64,000 nucleotides of DNA from Eledone cirrhosa (GCA_964016885.1 OZ024740.1:95728001-95792000); one strand, 5' to 3'. Shown: positions 28,438-42,593, counted from the stretch's first letter. Notes: a model not told the origin generated them from the letters alone. Made by a program: numbers and translations.

Positions 28438-28440
<3 letters not shown>
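28262..28440. mobile_element. Small Naiad-type pLTR remnant: HHR on minus strand (28286..28336) joined to an opposite-orientation pLTR piece
   Basis: First half matches 46008..46095; second half matches 49765..49845; (TA)n flanks. Confidence 0.8.
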
Positions 28441-28489
<49 letters not shown>

Positions 28490-28511
28490 GAAAAATTCGG
28501 TCTACATGGAT

Positions 28512-28935
28512 GAATACAATAAATGAAATCTGAGTTTTTCCAATATTAATAATAACATTCGATTCGTTTGCAATTACGCAAACAAGCCTCAATTTTATAG
28601 CCATGTCAGTAGAATGAACACTTCATTATTGCTCTCGTGTTGGCATGCAAACAGAACTGCAGACATTATTGTTTCTGGTTATCACCCATCATCAGAGCAG
28701 CTCACCTGCCAAACTGTCAGAGCTAGTGAAAATGTATGCCATTTTAAAAAAATACACAGTGACTGATTAACCTGATTTGCATATTAGAAAAATGGCTGAT
28801 CAGTTTGTATGCCAACACAAGAGCGAGAATGAAGTGTTCATTCTACTGACATGGCTATAAAATTGAGGCTTGTTTGAATAGTTGCAAACGAATCGAATAT
28901 TATTGTTAATATTAGAAAACTCAGATTACATTTAT

Positions 28936-28936
<1 letters not shown>
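28512..28936. mobile_element. Foldback/MITE-like element with ~150 bp inverted arms
   Basis: 28520..28670 is the reverse complement of 28790..28934. Confidence 0.85.
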
Positions 28937-29028
<92 letters not shown>

Positions 29029-29134
29029 AGAGAGAGAGAGAGAGAGAGAGAGAAATAAAGTATTTCCATTGGATAGGTAAAGGAAAAGAGAGTGGTCTAT
29101 ATAGGCTATATATCTTTGTAATTGTGTAATAAAC

Positions 29135-29335
29135 AACATATGATAATTATTTCATGTCCCAAAGGTTTCATGAAGACACCGAGCTTGACACTTACGTATG
29201 CTTTCAATCATCAGAATTAATTTATTAACATGGGAGAGTAATAAATTAATTCTGATGATTGAAGACAGGCATAACTGTCAAGCCCGCCTACCCTCGTGAT
29301 ACCTTTGGTAAGTGAAATAATTATCCTATGTGTTA
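29135..29335. repeat. ~200 bp imperfect palindrome (MITE-like)
   Basis: CAATCATCAGAATTAATTTATTA / TAATAAATTAATTCTGATGATTG, with outer arms ATAATTATTTCA..CCAAAGG / CCTTTGG..TGAAATAATTAT. Confidence 0.8.
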
Positions 29336-29392
29336 TATTCCATAACTATATATATATATTTTTTTTGCAAACAGATATAAATATATATATAT

Positions 29393-29535
29393 ATAGTCTA
29401 TCAAAGTTCTCTCGCTGCAGATCTACAACATTATCAGTAGTACTATTGTGTTCCCTCTGATTGTACTGTAATATCTCTACGCCAGTTTTCAGAAAAAAAT
29501 ATGATGTTGATGATGTGCAACGAAAGAACTTTGAT

Positions 29536-29544
<9 letters not shown>
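29393..29544. mobile_element. Miniature inverted pair of group A-like pLTR ends with decayed HHR halves
   Basis: ATAGTCTATCAAAGTTCT..CG / CGAAAGAACTTTGATAGACTAT; the stem II sequence GATGTGCAACGAAAGA is shared with the HHR at 4089..4159. Confidence 0.65.
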
Positions 29545-29586
<42 letters not shown>

Positions 29587-30068
29587 TTCTGTATTTTTAC
29601 ACGATGGTCAATCAATGATAAACATTGATTGCCAAATATATTAACTATTAAGTAAATTAACCAAGTATAACAGTATATATATATATATATATATATAGTC
29701 AGAGAGAGAGAGGGACAGAGAGATAGGGATAGAGATAAAGAGAGAGGTGGGGGGAAAAGTACATACATATGTAGCTGAAACTGCATCATTTCCGAAGAGG
29801 AGCGTCCCAGTTGTTTCTGTCAATGAAATTGCCAGATCGTGGAATTATCTTGTAAGTGACTAAGCAAAACATTCATCCGTTTCACATGCATGCAGATCAC
29901 TTGCAAACTTTGTTTTACGCAAGATGTTAAATATATGCTCACTCGAATTAGCGATGTTTCTAATATTTCCAACCTGATAGGACAGGATCAACGCGTAATA
30001 TATAGTTTTGCTAACACATTCTTACATGCATGGGCTGAACAACGTTACAGATTTGCTTAGCGCCATCA

Positions 30069-30178
<110 letters not shown>

Positions 30179-30881
30179 ACCACACACACACATATATATA
30201 TATATATGGAGAGAGGGGGAGATGTACGATAGGTGCAAATGCATTGCGACCAAAGGAGGTTTGCTACGATGAGCACTCGAATGTCATGGGGAGCAGTGTA
30301 TCAATAATAATATCAAAAGTGATCAAAGATTCAGTATTGCACCATTTACATATTTAGTTACATATTACATGTTTCACTGGTGATCAGCTCGAGGAAATAT
30401 CGATTAAAGTTCGATCCAGACTCTGGGAACGGAAGCTCCTCAGATATGTGTTCGCATCTATACGAACGTCCAAATGTCGTTGAAATATATAAATATATAT
30501 ATATATATGTGTGTGTGAATGCGCGCGCGCGTGTGTGTGTAGTCAAGATATGAAATATATTGGGGTGATGAATGTATGGAATTTCATAAAATTGTAGGAA
30601 TCTCAAACGCGAAGATACCTGTAAAGAGCCAGTTGCTATTATGATTAGCAAAAAATCGGGTTCAAATATAACCCCGCATGAGCAGAACAACAGACACGGA
30701 ATTAGGGAGAGAGTGTGTGCGCTAAAGAAACAGAGAAAACGGTATACGAGGAGAAACTAGAGAAGTAGAGAGTGAAGAGAAGAAATGTCGAAATGAGAAC
30801 GACAGAGAAAACATTTCACATGGAGAATTACGAAAGATTAAACAGTCGAAAAGTGTTGAAGAACGTACAATATATAAAGAA

Positions 30882-31063
30882 ATAATTGTTTCTACTTTTA
30901 GCACAAGGCCAACAATTACCCAGTGCATTACTTGTACTTTATTGTATCGACCCCCTAAAAATGAAAGGCAAAGTTAACCTCGGCGGGATTTGAACTCAGA
31001 ATGGCAAGGGCCGTAACTCTATGCGTCAAAATATGGCGTCCGACCCTCTACCGATACTACCAA
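30882..31063 (-). mobile_element. SINE family 2 copy
   Basis: Reverse complement of 22095..22275. Confidence 0.9.
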
Positions 31064-31417
31064 AGAAATAATGATCGAAAGCGTCGTAACTAATGTGTCT
31101 GCTTCCTATTAGGCACATGTATTTGCGCGGAAAAGGGAATAACAGGAATTTAAGGCTAGCCCGTGCAAAGGTTGTGTTGGTGTCATGCTGGTATATAGAT
31201 AGAACATTACAAAATGAGTGGGCAGTGGAAATGTGTTTCTATTGAGCTATGGCTAATCGAAAATGTGGTACTCTCTTATTCTGAAAAAAAAACAGCAACA
31301 GGCGAGAGGACCGCATAAGGTGGCATTAGTGTGGTAGAGATAAGAGATAGTGAATCAGAGAGAAAGAGAGATAGAGTGAGTAATAACAGAGAGATAAATT
31401 GATAGACAGAGTGTGGC

Positions 31418-31812
31418 GAAGATTCTACTTAAAGAGATCTGAAATAGGCCGTATCAGCGTAGAGGACTGTGTTCTGATAGAGAAGAGCGGTCAACATAAA
31501 TATGTCTCTGAGAGTAAGGAGCCGATTCTCAAAGTTCTATTGAAGAAGGAGATAATAAACCAGGGTGTTTCAAAGAAGGAAGTAACAACAAAGAGGAAGA
31601 AAATCCATCATTAAAAATGCCTCGTAGCACCTTTTTTAAAGAAAACAAAAATCACAGATCCACAGACATGGAGCTGTTTAAAAGAGGACACCTTTAAAAA
31701 GTTACTAAGGGAATGCTAATGGCTGCACAGAATGAAGCCCTCAGAACGAAGTGGGTGAAACATCATATTGACAAGGAGGAGATTAGTGCAATCTGTATTA
31801 TCTGTGGAGATA
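31418..31812 (+). mobile_element. Dong/R4-like LINE fragment
   Basis: MLMAAQNEALRTKWVKHHID..CIICG; closely similar to 17715..18095. Confidence 0.85.
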
Positions 31813-31824
31813 GAGAGAGACACG

Positions 31825-31894
<70 letters not shown>

Positions 31895-31900
31895 GAGAGA

Positions 31901-31986
<86 letters not shown>

Positions 31987-32812
31987 GAGAGAGGGAGAGA
32001 GATAGGAATGACAGAGAGACAGATAGACAGACACAGTGTTTCCGAAGATAGATGGATCAAACAAACCAAACGGCAAGTAGAATTACATCTAAACTTGGCT
32101 GCAACAGCATGTGATCACAAGGCAGAAGTTGTAGCAGTGGTATGGGAAAGAGGAGACAGCTGAGTGTGCCTGGCACCGTTATCCGTTCATCTTCGAAGGG
32201 CAAAGTGCTTCAATATATGTACGTAAACATGATATGAAATGAATTGGAACGTAAAGAGTGCATAAATCTCTTCACAAAATACGCACGTAATTTCTTTCCC
32301 GCACGAAATTACTTGGCTAGAAGGAAACTGACGAGAAAATTACGAAACTTTATATTTGATAAATTACTCCATCGTTCTCACTAATGCTTTTCTTCACTTC
32401 TCTCTCGCTATATATATACTTCTCTCATTTCACATATTATCCTTTTCTATTCCCTCGCAGTTTCGTCTGTTATATCTCATTCTCGTTTCTTAATTGACCG
32501 TTTTGTTCCGCTCACAAGATATAATTTTGCCTGATCCTTTGCTATACTTAATAACAGATGGCTGTTTTACTGGTTTTGCATGTCTGAAATCTCTATAATT
32601 CAATGAAGTATTATATATATATGTATATACATATACATATATATAATTACAAGTTTAACTAGGTTCAATGAATTCATCAATGATTGAAGTTTCAGGCATC
32701 AACTTATTTTATCTGATAAGGACGTACTGTTGAAATAGATCAGTGTCACTGAAATATGTATAATAAAATATATTTGATCACATGAATGTCTATATTTATT
32801 AATATTTTGAAG

Positions 32813-32956
<144 letters not shown>

Positions 32957-33409
32957 AGAAAGATGTGGTAGTTAGGTAGATAGATATGTTCGGACAGGAT
33001 ACGTTAAGGACAGGACTGTACACTTGGTGAGGTGATGTTCAAGCTTAATGCGAGTTGATAATCTGTAGAGGGAAGAATGTAGAGCATCTGGAGTTAATCC
33101 AATATTCATGGTTCACTCACTGCAAGGAACTATTATTCATATAGCATAAATTAAAAACCACCATTAGACCAGCCGGTTTACTGGGAAAACTCTCATCTAG
33201 CCCGACGAAATGTATGTGGATCAATTAAATTTACTACTAACAGATTTATTTGATTTATATTTGTATATATTTAAACCTAATATATACATTCCGTATACTG
33301 TACCGATTGTGTTGTTATTTCTGTTGACCTATTTCATGTATATGTATATGTATATATATGTATATATATGTATATATAATATTTCCAGAAAAAATAACAG
33401 AACACACTG

Positions 33410-34900
33410 ACTGGTGTTTGGAAGGGTAGTCAATAGTTACTGTTATAAACTGGTTTATGGAGTTAGATATCTGCTGGATGCTCTGCATTATGCTAATTTC
33501 TAATTCATGTGTATTACTAATCTCTTGTGAGGGTATTCTTATTACAATATTAATATCGTCTACGTAACGAGAGTACATGACGAGGTCTGTTGAGATCTCT
33601 TCAAGGAGTTATCTGAGTCTTCTCTCCCACCATTACATAAATAGATTGGCAACCTCGCCAATGGCTGCTCCCTCATTCTAGATGTAGATTTTTTCATTAA
33701 ATTTAAACATATGGCCCTTTAGGATAGTTTTATTACTAGCCCTTAATGTATGTGGGACCATTTTTCTCACCTGATTATTGTTTTTGAGTGTCAGTATGGC
33801 GTAGGTCCATTCATTCCATCTTCCCGTGAGAGTCTTTTTAGTCATTGATGTAAAGGTGTGGGGTCTACCCCTTATAGGTCTACTGGGGTAGAAACAGCTA
33901 AGGTCATGATTATCTAGGTATTCGGTGCCATACCTAAGTCTCAGTAGGAGACCCAGTTCATTTATGTCGACGTCGCAAAACTCCACTTCGCTCTTCCTGT
34001 ATAATTCCCCACATCTTTCCACAGCAAAATCAATGTTATTTGATGGGTACAGTGATACTACATCCATATTGCCTATTATGCACTTAGTTAAGTTTTTGTT
34101 GTTGCATTCATTGATTCTGCTGAGGTGATTCTCTGTGCTGTCACATAAAGCTGGGGACATCTTAATTAGGGGGGCGTATAACCATAGAGAGGAAGTAGGA
34201 GATCCTGTAGTTGCTAGCAATATTGGCTCGGCATACAGGTGTTGTTGGTGGACCTGTCGTTGGGTGGTCGGTTGTCTTATGGTCTTTGTGGAGCACATGC
34301 AAAGGTGGGATGTCATTGTTAGACGCTTGGAAGTTGTTGGTTGTGCGTCTACTTGGATTTAGGATGTCGGTCCACATCATCATGTGAGCGTTGAAGATCT
34401 GTTCTCTCTCCTCATGTGTTTGTTGTGTTGTTTAGTTAGTGTTGATGATGTGGGTTGCATAGACTTGATATAGTTCGGCATGCTCTCTATTGACGTCCTA
34501 CCAGATTTGTCTGTGGGTAGACACACTATTCCTTGTTCGCCGCTTGAGGCTAAGTTGTCCTTCTACAGGTTTTCTTCCAGGTTCTTTAATTTTTGGTCCG
34601 CTTTGTCTCTTAGAATGTTGGTCTACTACCTGTCTATGTTTATTTCTAGCTATGGTAAACTCTGCTTCTGTTTGGACATATATTTGTTGTGGTATACAAA
34701 TACTTTTATTAAAAGGTAATTTATTGGGATAAATTCTGTTCATCTTGTATGTTTTGTCAGCTGGGTTAAAGAACAGGTTATCTAAGGGGTTCTCATTAAA
34801 TCTCCCGTTATAGTTGTGTGTACCTCTATTATTGTCATTATAGATGTTGTTTTTCCTATTGTTAAAATTATTATTATTGTTATGATTGTTAAATACATTG
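33410..34900 (-). mobile_element. Decayed PLE group A RT fragment
   Basis: MYSRYVDDINIVIR, GNMDVVSLYPS and HKDHK; colinear with 1330..2830. Confidence 0.92.
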
Positions 34901-35244
34901 TTGCTGCTGTTTTTTTTCTCATTTAGTCAAACCATCTATCTGGCCATATTGGCTTATCCTTTTTCTACTCCTGTGCAATACGGGGATGCTAAAAGACGAG
35001 CCATTACTTTGTGCTTTTTAATGCTGTTTTGTGCAAGATGAAAGATCTGCAGGATAAAACAGCATCACTGAAACAATCTGTTTTGAAATAGCTTGAGGAG
35101 AATTAAAATACAATTATCTTGGGAAATATGTTGGAAATGTTATAAGGAAATGGCATAGGGGTCAACTTAATCGACTTTCCCCTCTGCCCAACTCACTGGC
35201 CTTGTGCCTAGAGTACACATCATTATTATATCCACTTATATGTA

Positions 35245-35455
35245 TGGCGGATTAGCAGTATCGCCAGAGCGTCGGATAATGTGTCTTGCCGTATATAGTT
35301 ACGTTTTCAGAGTTCAAATCCAACCAAAGTTATCTTTGTTTTCATCCGCACAAGGTCGATAAAATGAAGTACCAGACACGCACTGTGATCAATTTAGTTG
35401 ACTTCGCCATCCCTTAAAATGGTTCGTATTGTGTCTGATATCATAAACCTTTATT
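35245..35455 (+). mobile_element. Diverged SINE family 2 copy (3' fragments also at 35155..35225 and 54325..54403)
   Basis: GAGTTCAAATCC B box and TTCATCC..GGTCGATAAAATGAAGTACCAG core. Confidence 0.8.
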
Positions 35456-38189
35456 GTATCCAGTTATTTATCTTCAACTTGACAATGTTCTCTTAAAATA
35501 CAGATACTTGCAAATGATTTCTTTATATCTGTTTTCTTTCAAAATATAAGAGAAATCTCTTGAGAATTTTTCTATAACATTTTCTCATGAATTTCTACTA
35601 CCATCACCTCAAATGTAATATAATCATAATAATAACGCAGAAAAGAAAGATCAGCAGGATAAAACAGCAGCAATGGAACAACCTGCATTAAAAAAAATAT
35701 GACGCAATCATTTAAAAAATATATAAATTTCATATAAACTAAATGGAAAATTCTTAATATGTTTCTGGACGTGGTTATTTTTAATTAACTACACGCAATT
35801 TGTATTAAATCTATGCTGCATGGAACATTTTCTATAATTGCCTGGACTTGGATATTTTCGAATAAAATCACATAATTCCCTCTAAGTAATGGACTGAACG
35901 TGAGGATTGTGAAAGAAATGATAATATTTTAGAGGGGATATATGTGTTTCTAAAATGTAGATTTTATGCATTATCAGATAGCTGAATGGCAATATAAGGT
36001 TTTATATATAACACATCATAAGTATATAATGAGACATTCCGAAGGGTTTGCATCCAATTTGTAAATTAATATGTATGCAGAGAAATCAATTTAATTTCAT
36101 GAAAATATAATTGTCTATTCTGTTCCAAAATAATAAATTACTTCTACACTATTCCTCCAATTTGTATTTCTTTTTTTCTCATATTTGTGCACTAATATAT
36201 TTCATAAAATAGGCAAACCTGTGTCAAACAGCAACCCTTATAATTTCCTCCGAATATCTTAATTCAGCCTTCTATTTACTACACAGCTTTTCTCACGTAC
36301 ATTCCCTGCGATTCCTAATTCTATAGATGCATCTATGAATATATCCTCCACATCAATAAAGCTTAATTTATGTTAGACAAGCTCGTGTCAGTTTTATAAT
36401 GTAGCAATCAAAATGCCAACACGGAAATCTGCTTTCTGATTTACATTATTGGAAAAATATTTGATCTCGGTATTGCAAGATAACGATTTAATTTATGATT
36501 CCACAGGCCCTATTACATACAACTTTATGATTACACAAAACTTTCTACAGAATTATAGCTATATTTATTGGATTATTAAAAGTGAAACTTATGTATATGT
36601 ATGATAGAACTAAACTCTTCGATGTCCGCTATTATAATAAAAGTAGTGACATACCTTATAATTTGGACCTACAATTTCCCAAACGAGAAAACAATATATA
36701 ATATATTACATTTTTAAGTACCTTAATGCATAAATATAATGTTCTTAACGGATAATACATTTCTATCGATAAAATACACTGCGTTCACTGATTTTCTCTA
36801 TTCGATTTCTCTCATACGTAATGAAAATATAATTTCTTGACAAACAAATCCCTAATTGATATTCCAATTTGCTTAATGATGTGAAAGTTGTAGTAATACA
36901 ATTGTCATATATACCGTTGAACGTTGGTAAGGCGTAAATTATGCTTTATGTGATTACACATGAAATATATTTAGGCGAGATATATGTATATGTTCTGTTT
37001 AATACGTCAAATACGTGATCTTCTGCATAATTTGGATTATCACCATATATACATGATTCTTGCAACAAGTTTACGAAACTAGTAATGGTATTATAAAGTA
37101 CTTCTTTTCAAACAATCGGTTTCAATTAAAATGGCAACAGTTGCCAGTATTTACAAGTTAAAAGTGAGCCATGTTTAATCATCATTTATCATTTAATCCA
37201 TATCCATATATTTATGGGATCAAGAAACTTTGTTTATATTTATCTAATGCTACTTTGCAATAAACGAGGAATATATTGATATTCACACACACATTACTCT
37301 ATATCATTATATATTAATAACAGTGCGCCGTGGCTGTAGATGCTGGGATTAATATTTATTTGAATATGATATTTGCATTAGCCTGCAAACTCACGCAATA
37401 TAATAACACCATCATAATCGCTATTATAACCATCGAAGGCACTATCATCACAACCACCACCATCAACACCTGGAGTAGCCACCTCGTGCATATTTTCTCT
37501 CCAGCATTTTCTGCATCATTCACTTTCTCCTAAATATCATCAGCATCATAAACATTATCAGTTTAATCATCGTTGTCAGTGTGTTATCGATATAATCACC
37601 AACTTAACAATCATCGACATCATCATCATCACCATCATCATTATCATAATCATTATGGTCATTATCTTCATCTCACCGTCACCTTACTTTAAGTACCAAC
37701 TCTACGTAGGACCAGAAGCTATTGCTGTATTTATAAATATTTATGACATACGGTTGGGTTACATACTTTCGCTTACGTACTTTGTTTAATATAAACCCTA
37801 TCAATAAAAATGTTATTATTAATCGATTCTTCATATTTGTTCATTTATTCCAACCTATTATTTTCTTCTGACTTCACTGTTAAGTTCTCTTTATAATTAT
37901 AGACATTTATAAATGAATGATAAGCTCCATCTGGTGACAGAATTTCGAAGGGGTATAAATATGTCGTAAATGTTTTTTTTTCTTTTCATTATTTATGAAA
38001 AGATCGAAACAATTTAAAAAAAGTAGAAACAATTATTTATCAAAAGATTAGAGAAGTCAATGTAGTTATCAAGTAAAACGTGTACCTATTAAAGAGGGAG
38101 ATAGGAGCAGAAATTATTCATTTCACTTTGAGTGTGGTATAGATAATCTATCTGTTTGTATTATTTTAAACGTGCACACATAAATTAAT

Positions 38190-38800
38190 CATTGCGAAGT
38201 TATTTGTACGGGACTTGCTGCAGAATGCTGTGTATGACTATGGGATCGATGGTCAGCTTCTTACTACCCCGCCGTCTCTATACGAATACCCGAGTATTGG
38301 CATTCGAATAAATCGTACTGAATCGAAACTGTTCAATGTGGGAGACTCCGTAAAGTGTGCGTACTATCAAATCTCCTGTTCATTATTCTTATCAACAGGA
38401 TTGAAATACGCAGCCGGGTTGTTAGTGGTATAACGATTGGCTGGTGAATGATCAGTGGGCTGGAATTTGCAGACGAGATGATGTCACTTAAATCAACAGA
38501 TGGTGATCTAATATATTTACTTGATACGTTTCATACCGAGGGCTGAATACCTAGAATGAATACCTGTGCTGCGTAAACTAAAAATCCCGTCCTCTCCGTT
38601 AAGGTTGCCAGCAAATAGAATCCTTAAAGACTCATCATTCATGGAGAACTCAAGTGTTATGGTAAGAATGAATCACAGCTTGGTTCCCTTGATGATAGAA
38701 TGTGTACATTTGGTGCTGAGTCATAGTGGAGTTCGAATTAACGATGTGTCAAGTGTTACTTTTGAACTGATGCACAATTCAAAGGAATGTGGCGTTGGTG
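38190..38800 (+). mobile_element. Decayed RTE-X-like RT fragment
   Basis: YDYGIDGQL (compare 16945) and LEFADE at the catalytic position. Confidence 0.55.
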
Positions 38801-38849
38801 TTGCCATCAGTTAATTTTATGAAGCAAATTGAAGAATGCGGTTATAATT

Positions 38850-40150
38850 ACTTTTGGATATTGGAAAATGATAAGTTAATGCAGGAGGAAATAAAAGAAA
38901 AACATGCTAAGACTGAGAATTAGTCTCAAGTCGAAACTGAATGGACAGCATAAAATGAAGGCTATACATGGGCGGTATTACTCCTTAGATGTGGAGCAGG
39001 GGTGATCACGTGGTAAGTTGAAGAGCTAAATAGTTTAGACCAAAAGACAATAGAGTTAGGCTACATAAAGAATATTTCACCCTTAGAGCCACACATTCAT
39101 ATTATATGTGCCAAGAAAAAAGGGGCAAAGGATTGCTGGAGTGCGAAGACAGCACTAAAACAGAAGAAAATGAGAAGACGTGGTACATAATAAATTCCAC
39201 AAAACCACTGTTTCAACATTGAAAAACAGAAGACTGCAAATAAAAAGCACGAGGATGGATGAAGCTGAATGTAGGTGGACAGGAATAAGAATGTATGGAC
39301 AATTGCATAGATATGTTGAGGAAGAAAGAGACAGAGTAAATAGATTGTTATGGATGTCTATAATTGATAAAAACCGGAAATAATATCCTTAAACTCTGCT
39401 GCTAAAGAGCAAGGACTAAGAACTAACTACATCAAGCATAGAGTAAACTACACATCATAAAGCGATACGTGTAAACAGTGTGGCATGAATGGAGAAAGTG
39501 TATAGCATACAACAGGACAATGCACAGCATTAGCTCAGAAAGAATACAAGAGACTTCACGACAATATAGCAAGGCTCTTACATTGTGCACATTGTTGAAC
39601 ATATGCACATGAGATAAAAATGAAGGTGTACGAACACAACCCTGAGGGCGTCATCGAAAATAATGATGCAGTTATCCTGTGGGAATACGTGATACAGTGT
39701 GACCATGGGATTGAGCATAGGAGCTCTGATATTGAATTCGTTAAAAAGAAATTAAACACTGTTGGATCAAAGATATAGCCTGCCACCTGTTAACAAAGTA
39801 TGCATCAAAGAAGGAAAATAATTGACAGACAGTATAGGTTGTTTTCGGTGGTTAAGCAGTTGTAGTCACTGAAAACATCTGGTGATGATATCATTAATAT
39901 TTGGAGTCTGAGGAACATTGAGTAAAGATATTGGAAGTGCATTAAACAAATACGGGTTGCAATAAGGATGGAACACTTTCAAAACACAGCATTGCTTGGA
40001 ACATGTCGAATACTCTGGAGGGCACTCGAAAGTTAAGGGATGTTGCATCAGTTAACTAATAGTCAACAGATAATATGATAATAGATACCAAGCGTTAAAA
40101 GCTGAGTAATGAAACAATAAAATAAATATAATAATATAATGATGATTATG
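38850..40150 (+). mobile_element. Decayed Dong/R4-like LINE 3' fragment with (TAA)n tail
   Basis: MYGQLHR, AAKEQGLRTNYIK, CKQCG..ESV.HTTGQC..LAQKEYKRLHDNIA and ILWEYVIQCD motifs. Confidence 0.85.
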
Positions 40151-40729
40151 AACATAGTTATTGTAATTATTATAAGGGAGGTAACGTTTCGTGTTACGAT
40201 GAAAGGAGCAGAAAAGTGTAACTAGATATCAAGAAAGCTACTGAAGTTGGTTCACAGAAACACAATCACAGTCTTTGGATGAATACACCTTGAATAGATC
40301 TCAAGCACCGAGGCGTACTTCCTAGTTTCGGACAAGTTTCACAAATTAATAGACATGCTGTTAATTTCTCATTTTCTAAAACCCCCAATGAACCAAGCAG
40401 CACGGCAGCTACAATTTATCAAATTTATCAAATTACAAAAATGTATATAATGTATAGCACAGGAATTATTCATAGCACTAGCAACAAGACTCACGAAATG
40501 ATTTAACAGACGAAAGTAACCAACACCTTAGCTAAGGGACCACCACAAATGATCACATTGAGTACATAATAGACTCAGCTGATAATGGAAACGAAACTTT
40601 CAATCGCAGACGTTCGTCTGAATGTCAACTAAAGAATAATTTTGCTACAGTCGCAAATAGTATATAGACACATTTAACACCAACACCATATGTGTAGCCA
40701 TATTAGCTGTTACCAAAACTAGTGATATT

Positions 40730-41999
40730 TAACATTTTAAATAACGGATTTAACCCGAAGAACTAGGGAGACACATACAACACTTCATCCACCGTATGCA
40801 GTTCTCTGGCTACAATCAGAGAGATAGAATCAGAGAGTATAGAGGAGCCAGAACCAAATGGGAAAAAATGTTAAATAATGACATAAATGGGACCTGCCCC
40901 TTGTATAGGAGCACATTTTGGAATAGAATAGAAAGAACTAGGAACAAGGCCAATAGAATAAACTCATTGTATGATAGCAATAAATACCAGAGTGTAATGT
41001 TCATCACTACAACCCCTAGAGGCGAACTAGCCTACACATTTAGAAGGGCCCTAAATAAACATAAACTCAATATGAAGATAGTAGAAAGACCAGGTACCTC
41101 CGTATAAACACTTATTAGCAAGACATACCCGTTCCAAAGACCCTCATGTATAGATAAGAAATGTATAACCTGTAAAATAAGCCCCCATATTCACTGTAAA
41201 ACTAGAAATGTAGTGTATAGCATAAGATGTACTGAAGGACAAGGTAGAAACAAAAATATAGTGTACATAGGTGAGACAGCTCGTAGTATAGGGGAACGAA
41301 TAAATGAACACTGGCGAGACCTTCAAGATAATAAAGAATCATCTGTACTCTACCAACATGCTAAGATAGAACACAAGGGTAAATTAGAGAACATAGAAAT
41401 AAAAATAGAATCCACACACAGAAAAGATGCAATGTTTAGGCAAATTACAGAGGCAGTAAGCATAAAAGAATTACAACCAAAATTAAATAGAAAATATGAG
41501 TGGAACAGCAACATCACAACTTACAATTAAGGACAAAATGAAAACACACACACACATAGAACAAACAACAAACCAACAACATGTAAATAAATAAACAAAT
41601 AGATAAATTAACACAAACACACACTGACACCCGGATGTGGCGCATGCGCAAACTGAGCACACAACACACACACAGAAACAAAATGGCGTAGGACAGAAGA
41701 AAGGAAAGGCACATAAACAAAGAAAGGAATCCCCAGTCACTGAAGAGGTCACAGAGTGTGTGACAAAAGGACTATGACTATATATAAACAACTATCTGGT
41801 TGTGGAACCAACCAACCAACCAGAAATGTATAAGTTTGTAGATTTGTAAATTTATAAATTTATAAATATATAATAAATTGAAGTGAAAGCAACTGGTGCG
41901 AGTGTTTCTTATTGGCAACATGACCCTCCCAAAGTATAACAATATCGGTTTCAACACACGATTTCAGATAAAGAATATTGCTAAACAAATTCAGAAACG

Positions 42000-42003
<4 letters not shown>
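40730..42003 (+). mobile_element. PLE group A 3' fragment (linker, GIY-YIG 41213..41530, pLTR)
   Basis: VYSIRCTEG..YIGETARSIGERINEH; the pLTR tail runs into sequence homologous to the ORF start at 3850..3925. Confidence 0.92.
41735..41779 (+). ncRNA. Minimal type I hammerhead ribozyme in pLTR, with G12 mutated
   Basis: AGTCA-CTGAAGA-G-GTCACA(GAGTG)TGTGAC-AAAA-GGAC-TA-TGACT. Confidence 0.75.
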
Positions 42004-42054
<51 letters not shown>

Positions 42055-42364
42055 ATATAAAGAAAAAAACATGAAATCGAAAATGCAACTGGAGTCTTAT
42101 TTAAAAAAATTTATATATATTTATTTGGTTCCTTTACCGGTTTCGCAGTTCTGCTTTTCAAAAGTAGAGTTGAGATGGAGCGTCTGTGATGTTTCTGACA
42201 TTTTCTGTCAGATGTGAGAAAAACAAAAGACCCTCCATCTCAACTCTACTTTTGAAAAGCAGAAGAACTGCGAAACCGGTAAAGGAACCAAATAAATATG
42301 TATATATATATATTTTTAAATAAGACTTCAGTTGCATTTACGATTTCATCTATTTTTCTTTATA
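42055..42364. mobile_element. 310 bp hairpin element with one hammerhead per arm
   Basis: 42055..42185 is inverted at 42228..42364; HHRs at 42132..42164 (-) and 42249..42284 (+). Confidence 0.85.
42249..42284 (+). ncRNA. Minimal hammerhead ribozyme, U3-A8 variant
   Basis: CTT-TTGAAAA-GCAG(AAGAA)CTGC-GAAA-CCGG-TA-AAG; palindromic stem III. Confidence 0.75.
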
Positions 42365-42593
42365 CTTTCACTCGTGTAGGACACCTCGGTTATTTTTCAT
42401 TTTGTAAAAAAACCTCACTTTCTAATACATATATATATATAGGCACACGAGACTATATATATATATATATTGCACTGATTCTCTTTTTTCTGCGATATCA
42501 TACTCTGCTCTAAGAGAGCCTACCGCAAATGGACACTTTAAGCATCCAACACCATTTATCTATCTATGTATATATACACATAATATATATATA

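Noticed and set aside
29252-29320. CTGATGA inside the 200 bp palindrome as a hammerhead
   Set aside because: No compatible stem II/GAAA/stem III arrangement; the motif is part of the palindrome arm.
35500-38100. Host gene exons in the non-repetitive AT-rich stretches (also 12750..13850 and 54400..56100)
   Set aside because: No ORF with recognisable protein features; short exons cannot be supported or excluded without transcripts.
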